Part shown: positions 9,796 to 19,164 of the stretch, piece after piece
How positions within the stretch are numbered: the first letter of the stretch is position 1
Layout of the letters: each line of letters starts with the position of its first letter
Virus record (IMG/VR): IMGVR_UViG_3300027653_000023
Location: 1-42,599 of that record
Strand: one strand, 5' to 3'
Length of the DNA stretch: 42,599 bases
Origin: a virus
Taxonomy: Duplodnaviria > Caudoviricetes
Position numbers and translations under genes: made by a program
Notes under the pieces: generated by a model
The model's input: the letters and a program-made list of their open reading frames with translations, nothing else
Told to the model about the DNA's origin: nothing
Database searches by the model: none

Positions 9796-10134
9796 TCAGA
9801 CCTCCCGCGATGCCCGAATTTCGAGGAAGCGCAGCGGGTCGCCTCTCTTCTCGCGCACTGCCTGGATGTTCCAGCATGCCCCGTCATGGGAAAGACGATC
9901 AGCGGGGCGGATAGCTTCCGATACGCGGTCCCGCCGGACCGTAAATCGTGCCCCAAGGGACGCCCCGAGAGCGCCCGCCGCAATCAACTCCGAGTCCGAG
10001 ACATCTTCTCTTGCAGCAGGAACATTGCAGGCAAGCAGAACCCATGTCTTTATGGGTTCATTCAGATCATTGTAGGCGATCTCTGCCCGCTCGATGGTCA
10101 CGCGGCGATTAAGCCGACCAGCCGACATCCTCAT
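9796..10134 (-). CDS. Head-tail adaptor / head closure protein (SPP1 gp16-like)
   Basis: MSAGRLNRRVTIER...NEPIKTW...ARFTVR...WNIQAV. Confidence 0.85.
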   Translation of the reverse strand: MRMSAGRLNRRVTIERAEIAYNDLNEPIKTWVLLACNVPAAREDVSDSELIAAGALGASLGARFTVRRDRVSEAIRPADRLSHDGACWNIQAVREKRGDPLRFLEIRASREV

Positions 10135-10135
10135 C

Positions 10136-10447
10136 TTACGCCATCGCCGGATCGCGCATCTGGTAGAGCGCCGCCGTCACCATCCACGGCAATTGCCCAT
10201 GGCTGAATGCACCAGCATCGTCCACATCAGGGCTGCGGTAGTAATGCCCGGCCAGGATCAGGATCGCATTCTCGACAGAGACTTGATCGGCTGGCGAGGC
10301 AGCATCGTGATCCTCTCTCTTCCATCCGAGATAGCGGAATACGGCAGCCGTCGCCGCAGCGATGTAGCGCTCGAGGATGAAGTCATCCTCCGGGCTCGCA
10401 CGCAGGGCTTCCCGCGCCGTGCAGAGGTCCAAGGGACTATCGATCAC
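10136..10447 (-). CDS. Head-tail connector (HK97 gp6-like)
   Basis: AREALR...DDFILERYIAAATAAVFRYL...AILILAGHYY...ALYQMRDPAMA. Confidence 0.88.
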   Translation of the reverse strand: MIDSPLDLCTAREALRASPEDDFILERYIAAATAAVFRYLGWKREDHDAASPADQVSVENAILILAGHYYRSPDVDDAGAFSHGQLPWMVTAALYQMRDPAMA

Positions 10448-11285
10448 CTGCAGCCTCCTTGATCGCCTTGCGCACCACAGGGGCCAAGCGCTCAGTCAGC
10501 TGAGGCAAGGCCCGCTCCAGGAATGGGTCCATGTCCGGGATACGCCCATCACGGCCTCGCTTGACGGCAAGACGCCAGTCATCACTCTCGCCGGGCTTTG
10601 CACTGGTATCCCTCTGAGCGATCCAGAGGCTCCCGCCCCACGTCACACTGTCGCCCGGCTCGTATGCCCTGCCCTCGCTGTAAACGCCGCAGTCCAGGGT
10701 CACGGGAAGAGAGAAGCTGAATTCCTTCCGGCGATCACCGCGCTCGAAGACAAGCGTGAACTCGCGGTGCCCGTCATGCGTCACCGTCAGGTCATCAAAG
10801 CCGAGCCCGTCCGCACCGTCCTTGCCGGGCGCTCCGGGCTCGCCATCCTTGCCGACGACTGGCCCGAGCTCGCGCTTGGTGCCATCCTGCATGATGACGA
10901 CAAGCGATCCGCTGCGATCGATCAGGGTTTCCGAGATGCCGAGTCCATCTTCGCCCCTATCCCCAGGATCGCCCTTGTCCCCTTTCTCGCCCTTCTCGCC
11001 GGGCTCTGCAGGCGGCAGCGCTGCAACCGCACGCTCGATCTCGGGCAGCAACCGCGCCGCGATCTCTTCCACATCGGCGTCCTTGCCGGGGGGGCCAGCG
11101 GGACCGGGCGGGCCAGCATCCCCTTTCTCAGGGGTCGGGCGACCTGCCAATTCTCGCCGCAGGCCTGCCACCTCGGACAGCAGGTCCGCCACCTCTTTGC
11201 GCAGAGCCTCCGACTCTCGGGCCACATGGTCCCGGACAACGGGGGCTAGCTCGCGGGCAAATGCCTGCATCTCCGCATGCTTCAT
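10437..11285 (-). CDS. Collagen-like (Gly-X-Y) portal-adjacent virion protein
   Basis: N-terminal coiled coil; GDAGPPGPAGPPGKD, GEKGEKGDKGDPGDRGEDG and GKDGEPGAPGKDGADG repeats; C-terminal YEPGDSVTWGGSLWIA aromatic module. Confidence 0.75.
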   Translation of the reverse strand: MKHAEMQAFARELAPVVRDHVARESEALRKEVADLLSEVAGLRRELAGRPTPEKGDAGPPGPAGPPGKDADVEEIAARLLPEIERAVAALPPAEPGEKGEKGDKGDPGDRGEDGLGISETLIDRSGSLVVIMQDGTKRELGPVVGKDGEPGAPGKDGADGLGFDDLTVTHDGHREFTLVFERGDRRKEFSFSLPVTLDCGVYSEGRAYEPGDSVTWGGSLWIAQRDTSAKPGESDDWRLAVKRGRDGRIPDMDPFLERALPQLTERLAPVVRKAIKEAAGDR

Positions 11286-12634
11286 TCTGCGAGCTCCCGT
11301 TGCAGATAATAGGCGATGCCAGCGGCAACCTCCTCAGGAGGTGTTTCCGGCTCGGGCGCAGGCGCGGCCTCAGGCGGGCCACTCTTCGCCGCATCGATCA
11401 GCATCGAGTCACGCGCCGCGATGGCCTCCAAAGAGTGATCCTGCTGCTGCAGGTAGATCGTATCCCCGCCAGAGATGCGCTTCAGGGACAGCTTCGCCCT
11501 ACGCTCGTCCAGCGTCATCACCGACTTGGCCTTCTCGAGCACGTCCATCTGCGTCACGCTATCCATGCGCAAAAGACCGCTGATATCAAACTCGGTGCTC
11601 AGATTGCTAGGAAGGCCTAAACCTTCATCAAGCACCGACTCCGCAGACTCGATCATGATCTGCAACGCCTGCGCGTAGTACTCGACGTTAAGCGACTGGA
11701 TGTTTGCATAGGTCGGCATGGGTCCGAGACCGATTTTGTAGGGCGGTACGCGGAAAACGCTGCACACAACATCAGCAGCCCATTTGAGCTGCTCGATAAG
11801 CTGCGCGTCCGTCGCAGTCATGCGCATGGGAACGAAGCTAAGACCGTCCCCCAGAACCGCTACCTTGCCGGCAGAGTCCCCGGAGAACCTGCTTTCCCAA
11901 TAGTCTTTGAGCTTCTGCGCCGTCTCGTCCGAGATCGCGCCCGGCGCGCTCAGAATGCCTCCGGGAAGCGCCTGGTTGCCGAAAAACGCAGTGCTGTCGC
12001 GCTGGATGGACAGCCCCTGCATGGCAGCCAGGCCCGCCGCCACGATAGGCGACATGCCGACCAGCGGATGGTAGAGGCAATTCATCCTGTCGTGGATGAT
12101 CTCGCGCGCGGGCACAGTCACGTCGTCATCGACGCGCGCGATATTGTCGGATCTCAGCCGGTAAAACACGTCCCCGCTGTCAGATACCAGCGGCTGCACA
12201 CGCTGCGGATCCAGAACGTAGAGGCGCGTCACCACGCCCCGTGCATCACGCTGCTTTAGCAGGTAGGCGTTGCCGCTCGACAACTTGGACAGGATCCAGT
12301 TTTCGACGAATTGGATGCGTGTCTGAAAGTGGTTCGGCTTGCGCAACAGCGGCGAAAAGGCCGAGCGCTCTACCTCCGACCAGACGCCATCCTCGTCTCT
12401 CTCGACGAGGGTCAGGCGCAGCTTTGCAATGTCGCTCGCAATGAGAGTGCAGCAGGCAAAAACCGTATGATGTGTTAGCGCCGAGTCCGCGTCGATCTCG
12501 TCGTTACGCTGCCACGCGCCAGGGTAGTGGTCGCGGATCACGGGCAGCCATCCACCCCGGCCCATCGACGGGCGACCAAGCGCCTTCTCTCGCCGGGAGG
12601 CCGAGAACGGTATGGGCAGCCCGAATATCTTCAT
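11282..12634 (-). CDS. Portal protein, HK97 family
   Basis: TVFACCTLIASDIAKL, LLRKPNHFQTRIQF, GNAY, REIIH, GMSPI, FFGNQALPGGIL, VFRVPPYKIG. Confidence 0.95.
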   Translation of the reverse strand: MKIFGLPIPFSASRREKALGRPSMGRGGWLPVIRDHYPGAWQRNDEIDADSALTHHTVFACCTLIASDIAKLRLTLVERDEDGVWSEVERSAFSPLLRKPNHFQTRIQFVENWILSKLSSGNAYLLKQRDARGVVTRLYVLDPQRVQPLVSDSGDVFYRLRSDNIARVDDDVTVPAREIIHDRMNCLYHPLVGMSPIVAAGLAAMQGLSIQRDSTAFFGNQALPGGILSAPGAISDETAQKLKDYWESRFSGDSAGKVAVLGDGLSFVPMRMTATDAQLIEQLKWAADVVCSVFRVPPYKIGLGPMPTYANIQSLNVEYYAQALQIMIESAESVLDEGLGLPSNLSTEFDISGLLRMDSVTQMDVLEKAKSVMTLDERRAKLSLKRISGGDTIYLQQQDHSLEAIAARDSMLIDAAKSGPPEAAPAPEPETPPEEVAAGIAYYLQRELAE

Positions 12635-13689
12635 CAGATAGCCTCGAACAGCTCGATGTTGAACATCGTCCCGCCGGTGTTGGTCATGTTGCGCGAGCTG
12701 CCGTAGTTGTGCATCACGTGGGCGCTGAACACATCGCCTCCGGACACACCCATGATCCCCGTGTCGGCATACGCCGTCGGCAATTGCGATGTGTCCATTC
12801 CCCGGCCAGCGCCGGACGCCACAGGGGAGCCGTTACGGCTCAATTGCAAGTGCAGGTAATTCCCCGCGCTCAAGTCCCAAGACACGACCGAGCACGTGAT
12901 GCGGGCGTATGCCGCCCATGCTGGAAGCGTGAAGTCGCCGCCAGACCGGATCCCGAACTGGTCATAGCCGCCGCCCCACTGTGTGATTTTCGTACGGGTG
13001 GCGTTGGGTATCGATTGGGTGTCAATCAGGGGGACGCGCAGCGCTGGTATGGCAGGGCCTATATTTCCGCGCTGCAAGGCCGGAAGCGCTGGCTTGTTCA
13101 GGATGTCGTCCCAAGCGGGCTGGTAGTCGTTAGGCATCGCGCCCAGCGACGCTCGGGTGATGACTACATTGCCGGTCTGCCCGTTCACCGACTGCACCGC
13201 CATGCTCGAGCCTACACGCTCCCAGACGCCCTCAAAGTAGACGGCAATATCGCCTTCCAGGAACTCAACCGGCCCATCACCCAAGTCTGGCGTGCCGTCG
13301 GCCGCCACAAAGTAAAAATCAGCATCCTCACCAGTGCCGTTTGCGATGGCCGGGGTGTTGGTTGATGCGTCCCATACTCCCTTGTAGGCCGTGCCAACAA
13401 TGTTCAGTTGCTCAACCGGCACCTTTCCAGATCCGTCCAGCGGCGCAATCCCATTGGCTGCACCCAGCAAAGAAGCATCCAAGGCACCAATGACCTGACG
13501 CGCTTCTTCTTCGCTGGCACCGGCGGCTATGAACGCGGGCTTGCCGTGCACATCCGACCACTGCCCCGATGTTGCGAGGTCTGACATGCCGGATAGCTTC
13601 GCCTTTTCCTGGTCCGTAAAGGCATTGGTGTTGGGCTCGCCCTCGTATGCTGTCTTGATGACACTCCCGAGCGTTGAAAGTTCAGCCAT
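12634..13689 (-). CDS. Fibre-like protein in the head operon (candidate head fibre/decoration)
   Basis: Fibre motifs NAFTDQEKAKL, GAANGIAPLDGSGKVP, YKGVWDASTNTP and VQSVNGQTGNV; beta-rich C1q/TNF-like C-terminus. Confidence 0.6.
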   Translation of the reverse strand: MAELSTLGSVIKTAYEGEPNTNAFTDQEKAKLSGMSDLATSGQWSDVHGKPAFIAAGASEEEARQVIGALDASLLGAANGIAPLDGSGKVPVEQLNIVGTAYKGVWDASTNTPAIANGTGEDADFYFVAADGTPDLGDGPVEFLEGDIAVYFEGVWERVGSSMAVQSVNGQTGNVVITRASLGAMPNDYQPAWDDILNKPALPALQRGNIGPAIPALRVPLIDTQSIPNATRTKITQWGGGYDQFGIRSGGDFTLPAWAAYARITCSVVSWDLSAGNYLHLQLSRNGSPVASGAGRGMDTSQLPTAYADTGIMGVSGGDVFSAHVMHNYGSSRNMTNTGGTMFNIELFEAI

Positions 13690-13849
13690 CCACGCCTCCG
13701 TTGGTTACAGTTACGCCATCGTGCGTGACAGGGACGCCATCAACCGTAACCGCTTCAATGGGCGACGGATCAGGCTCGGGAACAGGGCCGCACCGGCAGT
13801 CCGTGCCGATGAATCCGACCGTATTGGCCCAGCAGATAGGGCACTGCAT
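13682..13849 (-). CDS. Small Cys-rich protein, 55 aa, not in ORF track
   Basis: MQCPICWANTVGFIGTDCRCGPVPEPDPSPIEAVTVDGVPVTHDGVTVTNGGVDG. It starts in a TGATG overlap with the upstream stop, ends overlapping the next start, and fills the gap exactly. Confidence 0.65.
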   Translation of the reverse strand: MQCPICWANTVGFIGTDCRCGPVPEPDPSPIEAVTVDGVPVTHDGVTVTNGGVDG

Positions 13850-14100
13850 CAGTCGTCGGCTCCCTGGACCTCAGCGATCTTCGCCCGAAGCTCGTCTGCG
13901 TCCCATCCGTGATATGGGCGCCTGCCGACAGCCTTCTGATACTCTGCCCTCAGAGCGGAAATACCGTCCTGCTCATCATCGGGCTTCGGCGCTTCCGCCG
14001 CCCGCATGTCGCGACGGCCGTAGCCCATGCGCTCGAATACCCGACGATAGCGACGGTCGCTCGCCTTGAGCGCCCGGTGGTAGTAGCCGCTGAATTTCAT
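13849..14100 (-). CDS. Small post-capsid protein with a short helical (HeH/LEM-like) C-terminus
   Basis: GGAGG RBS before ATG 14100; LRAEYQKAVGRRPYHGWDADELRAKI motif, as often found after major capsid genes. Confidence 0.7.
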   Translation of the reverse strand: MKFSGYYHRALKASDRRYRRVFERMGYGRRDMRAAEAPKPDDEQDGISALRAEYQKAVGRRPYHGWDADELRAKIAEVQGADD

Positions 14101-14111
14101 CTCGGCCTCCC

Positions 14112-14147
14112 AAAAAGAGGCCGGGCCGCAGAACCCCACGGCCCGGC
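14112..14147 (-). terminator. Intrinsic terminator after the major capsid gene
   Basis: Minus strand GCCGGGCCG-N10-CGGCCCGGC followed by CTCTTTTT. Confidence 0.75.
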
Positions 14148-14164
14148 ATTTGCTATGTCAGGCG

Positions 14165-15568
14165 TCAGCCGCCACCAGAGCCAGGGTCAGCCGGGGTGCC
14201 CCAAGCAACGCCACTCAGCACCGCAACAGCTTCATCACGGCGCGCTGCCCAGTTCAGGGTCCTTTCGGCCCTAAATCCAACGCTATTCGTCTGGAAAAGG
14301 CTCACCAGCTCAGCCGGTTTCGGCGTGTCGCTGCCATGGGCCGGGTTGTCCGCCATCTCCAGCGACGCCTCGCGGGACATGTCGACGGCAACGCCGCCTT
14401 CGTCCGCGAAGTAGATATCGCTGGAATTAACGAGAACCACGGTCCCGGCCGGGACATACTGAGAGACGATCACCGGCAGGCCGAACAGCGTGCCGCCGTT
14501 CATGGTGATGCCTGGGAACTCCGACTGGCCGAGAGGATTCTGCATCAGCGACAGGGCAAGCGCAGTCGTCGCCGGCATGATCCACACGCCCGATGTCGGA
14601 GCGTTGTTCGCAGCGATGAACTGCCCGAACACTGCTTTGATGTCCTCCCGAACGCCATCAGCGTCTGCCCCACCAGATGTGATGGGCGTAACGCCGTTGG
14701 TGATCGAGGCTGGGGATACCCCTGCCACCGCCGCCTTGGACGGGTTGATGAAGTCCGTATCCAGACGCGCCCGCAGCGCAGCCGCAAGCTGGTCACGCAC
14801 CAGCGCCTCGGCAGAGGGGCTGGAATCTCGAAGAAGCTCTTCGGTGACGACCGCGATGTTGGCCACCTTCAGCGGCTCAAGCGAGCGCCGGCTGAAATCG
14901 AACTTGGTCAGGGGCTTGGCCTTGCCCTCTCCAACCCAGTACCCCTCGCCGCCAGAGGTCTGCCCCACCAGCGCGGTGCGGAACGGAACCTGACGAAGCG
15001 ACGGAACTCCGTCCCGCCCAAAGCGACCGAGGATGGTCTGCGGCCGCAGGAACTCAACGAAATCGGCAAAGGCAGAAGTTTCCTCACCGACCAGCGGCCC
15101 AGCCCAAGTATCGTCCGTAGTCGTGCCGGCAGCCACTGCGGCCTTGACGAACATGCCGTGGACAGCGCTGTTTTCGCCGTAGAGCGAGCGAGCCAGTTCA
15201 CGGGGGCTTTCGCCGTCCAGACGGGCGATCGCCCGCACCTTGGCGTATCGCGCGAACGCGATGCCGGGAGCCAGCTTCTCGCTGCGCTGCACGGTAACAA
15301 CGCCACCGCGAGACTGCCCACCATCGTGGCGGCTCCCACCATCGGCAGGGACAGCCTTTGCCCCGGCGGCCTTTTCCAGCGTCCGCAGGCGCTTCAGGTG
15401 GCTGTCAATGGCCTCGTTATCGGCCTGCAGGTTATCGAACTCTTCCTGCTGCTCGGCATCCAGGGTCGCGCCCTCATCGGCGGCCTTGGACATGATGCCT
15501 TCCATGGCGGCGAGGTTCGCAGCCCGCTTGGCTTCAAAGGCGCCAATCTGCTCAGCGTAAGTACGCAT
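14165..15568 (-). CDS. Major capsid protein, HK97 fold with N-terminal delta domain
   Basis: Coiled-coil N-terminus; YWVGEGKAKP, LEPLKVANIAVVTEELLRDS, TLFGLPVIVSQYVP, SLFQTNSVGFRAER. Confidence 0.95.
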   Translation of the reverse strand: MRTYAEQIGAFEAKRAANLAAMEGIMSKAADEGATLDAEQQEEFDNLQADNEAIDSHLKRLRTLEKAAGAKAVPADGGSRHDGGQSRGGVVTVQRSEKLAPGIAFARYAKVRAIARLDGESPRELARSLYGENSAVHGMFVKAAVAAGTTTDDTWAGPLVGEETSAFADFVEFLRPQTILGRFGRDGVPSLRQVPFRTALVGQTSGGEGYWVGEGKAKPLTKFDFSRRSLEPLKVANIAVVTEELLRDSSPSAEALVRDQLAAALRARLDTDFINPSKAAVAGVSPASITNGVTPITSGGADADGVREDIKAVFGQFIAANNAPTSGVWIMPATTALALSLMQNPLGQSEFPGITMNGGTLFGLPVIVSQYVPAGTVVLVNSSDIYFADEGGVAVDMSREASLEMADNPAHGSDTPKPAELVSLFQTNSVGFRAERTLNWAARRDEAVAVLSGVAWGTPADPGSGGG

Positions 15569-15677
15569 TTCGGACTCTCCATCTATGGGACTGGCGCGTC
15601 GTCACGACGGGCCAAGCGGCCGTGTCCAGGGGCCGTTTTAGGGTGCGGGGAAAGCCCGCGAATGGACAAGATAGCCG

Positions 15678-16298
15678 TTAGCGCCGGATCTCCCTGACGA
15701 CGAACGGCTCGGCCCGATCGCGGGCGGGATCATTCAGCCGGACAACGCGCACGCTCTTGCCAGTCGCGGCGGGTGCGGGCTCCGGGTGAATGCTGTCGAA
15801 CTGCTTGATGAACGAGGCTGTCTCAGCATCCATGCTTTTGCCGACGCTGGATATAATAGCCTGCTCGTTTGCCGGAATTGTGACGGCTGAAAGCTCGAAA
15901 ACTTCGGACTTGATAAATCGGATGCCGCCCTCGTCCATGAAGGCATACTCGATCGGTCTAAACCCAACCGAAACAGCGCGGACCAATCCGAGCTTGATGG
16001 ACTGCCACGCCTCGTCCAGGCGGTCCTTCAGCCTTCCGGGCTCGTCCGTCTTGGCAATCTCTGCCTCAAACTCAATCCCATCATCGGTCGGTTGCTCAAA
16101 CCTGACGGTCCCGATCGGCTGGTCGTGCTTGTGCTGCCACAAGAACGCCAACGGGTTCTTGAATGAGACGCCCATCGGCTCGATGATGTCGCCAACTCGA
16201 TCAACGCCGGGAGTCGTCGCGATGCCGCGCACAACCCGACGATCCTCGTTCACCGCTTTGACTTCGATGCACGAGTAGGCGCGCTGCACCTTTTCCAT
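15678..16298 (-). CDS. Prohead protease, HK97 family (S78)
   Basis: GIATTPGVDRVGDII, LWQHKHDQPIG, AVSVGF, ELSAVTIPAN. Confidence 0.93.
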   Translation of the reverse strand: MEKVQRAYSCIEVKAVNEDRRVVRGIATTPGVDRVGDIIEPMGVSFKNPLAFLWQHKHDQPIGTVRFEQPTDDGIEFEAEIAKTDEPGRLKDRLDEAWQSIKLGLVRAVSVGFRPIEYAFMDEGGIRFIKSEVFELSAVTIPANEQAIISSVGKSMDAETASFIKQFDSIHPEPAPAATGKSVRVVRLNDPARDRAEPFVVREIRR

Positions 16299-16309
16299 GC
16301 TTAACCTCC

Positions 16310-17833
16310 TCAGCCTAGAACGAGCATCCGGTATTCGGGCTCTTTTTCGGCCGCCGGCTCGCCAGCCATCGCAACAGCCATCGCCAGCGATATCATCCCG
16401 TCAATCCGGCGGTTCGGTGCCAGCTTCACCAGCTTGCGGTTCCCGGCGGGGTCCATCTTCACGACGCTGTTGGCCGCGCACATCGTCAGAACAGGGTGCC
16501 CGCCATGCGCCATCCGGCCATTGAGCAGCACCTGATCCAGCGCCCGCAGCGCCGGCGACATGCTCTGAAAGCCCTGGCCGAACTCGACAAGCTGCTCGAG
16601 CTCGTCCACCGTCGCCCCAGCCCGCTCGAGAGCCGGGCGCAGGAACCGCATGTTCCACCGGTCGAATGCCACCTTCGACAGCCCTTCCTCGCGCATAATG
16701 CGAAGGATGACCGGCGCAACATAGTCGTAATCGACCGTCCGGCCCGGCGTTGTCGTCAGATGCCCCTGGTCGCGCCACACATCATACGGCACCCGATCGG
16801 CCCGCGCCTTCTCCGCCAGCCCCTCATTCGGCAGCCAGAACGTCGAGCGCACATGCAGAGCATCTCTGACCCACACAACCCTGACAAACGCCGTCAGATC
16901 ATTCGAGCTCGACAGGTCAAGCCCGCCAAACCCGCCTGCAGGCCAGTCAGTCGAGACCTCACCCGCGCACGCATCCCAAAGCGCCCGGCTGACATAGGGG
17001 TCGTTCGCCTCGACCCGCTGATTGAGAATCAGGTTCCGATACTCAGCCTCGCGGCTCGGCATCCGCTGCGCGTCAGCGGCCGTCGCCATGGTCTCGACCA
17101 TGTTCAGAAAATCACCCGCCGCCGGGTTTGCCTTCCTGACCGCCTGCTCGCTGAACGGGTCCAGATCCTCGGGCGCCGTGTAAAGGCTCACTACCACGCG
17201 CGGATCGCTGCCCGACATGGCGTCATCGATCAGCACCGATAGCAGGTCATCATCTGTTGGCGCCTGTGTCGAGATGACGATCGAGAGCGGCGCCTCCTGC
17301 GCACCCATCGCGGTCTCGATCGCCTCGTAGAGCTCCGACCGCGCCCCTCTCACCTGGCCGAGCTCATCATGGATCGCGAAGATGGGCGAAAGCCCGTAAG
17401 CCGTCGTCGCATCGGCCGAGAGCGCCTTGTATCGCGTGCCCAGATCCGGGCAGAGCATTTCCTTCGCGCTGTCCCGTATCTGGATCACACCCGACAGATC
17501 CGACGACATGCGCACGATCTTGCACGCCAGGTTGAAGACGATCGCTGCCTGATCGCGAGACTGAGCCGCCGAGTAGAGCTGGCTGTTCGCTCGCGCCTCC
17601 GGCCCGCATAGGTGCAGCAGCAACAGGAAGGCCGAGAGAGACGTTTTGCCGTTCTTTCTACCAAAACTCAGGATCGCGCGCCGCGTCCCATGCGGGTTGT
17701 CATATACCTTCCGAAGCTCAGCCCGCTGCCAGCCCCGCAGCTTGACCGGCTTGCCGACATCCTTGCCCTCGGGAACCCGGCAATATCGCTCGATCCAGCG
17801 GATATTCCGCGTCGACCGCTTACTCGATGCCAT
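16310..17833 (-). CDS. terL: Terminase large subunit
   Basis: Walker A GRKNGKT, Walker B AIHDE, ISTQ coupling motif, nuclease GGLDLS and RIDGMISLAMA. Confidence 0.96.
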   Translation of the reverse strand: MASSKRSTRNIRWIERYCRVPEGKDVGKPVKLRGWQRAELRKVYDNPHGTRRAILSFGRKNGKTSLSAFLLLLHLCGPEARANSQLYSAAQSRDQAAIVFNLACKIVRMSSDLSGVIQIRDSAKEMLCPDLGTRYKALSADATTAYGLSPIFAIHDELGQVRGARSELYEAIETAMGAQEAPLSIVISTQAPTDDDLLSVLIDDAMSGSDPRVVVSLYTAPEDLDPFSEQAVRKANPAAGDFLNMVETMATAADAQRMPSREAEYRNLILNQRVEANDPYVSRALWDACAGEVSTDWPAGGFGGLDLSSSNDLTAFVRVVWVRDALHVRSTFWLPNEGLAEKARADRVPYDVWRDQGHLTTTPGRTVDYDYVAPVILRIMREEGLSKVAFDRWNMRFLRPALERAGATVDELEQLVEFGQGFQSMSPALRALDQVLLNGRMAHGGHPVLTMCAANSVVKMDPAGNRKLVKLAPNRRIDGMISLAMAVAMAGEPAAEKEPEYRMLVLG

Positions 17834-18089
17834 CGCCGCGGATATTAATGATCTCGGTGATCGCCGAGAAATTGGCGATGATTTTTGCAGATTCAGTAAG
17901 ACTGAACCCTAAGCCCATCAGAGATGCGAGAGCATCGGCATCCATAGAAGAGAACATCAAGGCACCAGTCGGCCCACGCCCCCCTCGACCTTTGACGCAC
18001 GGGAAATTAGGGATATTCCTCCGGATGTGACCAACCGCGTGCAGGGGAATGCTGGCGCGCTCACAAAACTGAGCGCTGGTTAAGTCCAT
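17820..18089 (-). CDS. Small MerR-like HTH protein between terS and terL (89 aa)
   Basis: ATG 18089 lies just after the terS stop. LTSAQFCERASIP...ALMFSSMDADALASLMGLGFSLTESAKII matches MerR HTH spacing by eye; visibly lower GC than the flanks. Confidence 0.55.
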   Translation of the reverse strand: MDLTSAQFCERASIPLHAVGHIRRNIPNFPCVKGRGGRGPTGALMFSSMDADALASLMGLGFSLTESAKIIANFSAITEIINIRGDGIE

Positions 18090-18093
18090 CAGG

Positions 18094-18510
18094 CTAGCCC
18101 TCCCATGGGCGCGTGACCGTCCGGTTCTTCTTCGCCGTCGCCGAATTGTCATCCCGCCGGGATGATTGCTGCGATAGGCGCATCGAGGACGCCATCGACT
18201 TCAGGGCCGTGGTCTCCCGCGCCTGCATCCGAAGCAGCGCCGCATAGGTCGCAACGTCCAGCTCCTCCCGCGCGCACTCCTGATCAATCAGCTGCGCGAT
18301 CCGACGCGCCTCGATAGTATGCCGACAATACTGGATCAGGAGCGGATGCGTCTCAGCCGGGAACCAGTCTGCCGGCAGTGCATCGACAACCTCATTCCAA
18401 ACATCCGCCTGCTCAGGCGTCAGCTCAACCGGAGCATCAGGCCGCGGCTGCACAAGCACCGGAGACGCAACGGCAAGCTCGCCCGCAGACTTACGTCCGC
18501 GCTGCTTCAT
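18094..18510 (-). CDS. terS: Terminase small subunit
   Basis: MKQRGRKS...PDAPVELTPEQADVW...LLIQYCRH...ASSMRLSQQS; lies between cos/HNH and terL. Confidence 0.85.
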   Translation of the reverse strand: MKQRGRKSAGELAVASPVLVQPRPDAPVELTPEQADVWNEVVDALPADWFPAETHPLLIQYCRHTIEARRIAQLIDQECAREELDVATYAALLRMQARETTALKSMASSMRLSQQSSRRDDNSATAKKNRTVTRPWEG

Positions 18511-18529
18511 CTCAGACCCTCATTTTGTC

Positions 18530-18612
18530 AAAAGTCGGGGTTTAGCGAAAGAAAGGGGGGGCGCCGGTCTCCAGAGGCGAAGCGAACTGAACTTTCGCAT
18601 ACCCCCCCCCGA
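18530..18612. other. Probable cos packaging site region
   Basis: Intergenic between HNH and terS. Minus strand GGGGGGGGGTATGCGAAAGTT...GACCGGCGCCCCCCCTTTC is the G-run/C-run layout typical of HK97-like cos sites. The exact cut site cannot be determined. Confidence 0.6.
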
Positions 18613-18615
18613 TCC

Positions 18616-18963
18616 TCAGTCGGTGATGACCCATCCATCCACACCGATCGCTGGCGCCAGGGTGCCGTGCGCTCTCTGCTGCTCGTGCCTGTCGTGGCAG
18701 GCCTTACACCTTGCCTCGAGGTTGGCAGGGTCGAGGAAGAGCCCCCGGTCTCCTTGGTGATCCTGCAGGTGATGGACGACAGGGCTGTCCGGTGCTGGCG
18801 GCTTGCCTATGAGCAGCCTGCCGCATCCCTCTGCCTTGCAGGTGTAGCCATCCCTGATGAGCACCTGCTCGCGGATGCCTCCTCTGCGCCGCCATGCCTG
18901 AAGGTTGTATAGCGAACGGTAGGCTGTGGCCTCTGCCGAGCGCTGGCTGCGCCTCCCAGTCAA
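18616..18963 (-). CDS. HNH endonuclease, terminase cofactor (HK97 gp74-like)
   Basis: LYNLQAWRR...RDGYTCKAEGC...VVHHLQDH...LFLDPANLEARCKACH; directly upstream of cos/terS. Confidence 0.92.
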   Translation of the reverse strand: MTGRRSQRSAEATAYRSLYNLQAWRRRGGIREQVLIRDGYTCKAEGCGRLLIGKPPAPDSPVVHHLQDHQGDRGLFLDPANLEARCKACHDRHEQQRAHGTLAPAIGVDGWVITD

Positions 18964-19160
18964 GGCCGATCGAGGATGATTTCGACGGTTAGGCCCAGCC
19001 CATCGTACTTCATGCCGTCGGCGCTCATCACCAGTGCATTTTTGACAGGTCGCTTCCCGTCACGCGTAACTAGACAGAGCCTCTTCCCAACAGTCCGCAG
19101 CTCAAGCTCTATTGGTTCTTCGCGGTCTGCGTACTCCCCGGTCAGGTTCTTCTCGGCCAC
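18960..19160 (-). CDS. Hypothetical protein
   Basis: 66 aa, GAGG RBS, stop overlaps the HNH start. Confidence 0.6.
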   Translation of the reverse strand: MAEKNLTGEYADREEPIELELRTVGKRLCLVTRDGKRPVKNALVMSADGMKYDGLGLTVEIILDRP

Positions 19161-19164
19161 GGCC

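Noticed and set aside
18616-18963. HNH as the homing endonuclease for the thyX intein
   Set aside because: Its size, motifs and position next to cos/terS match a packaging cofactor.
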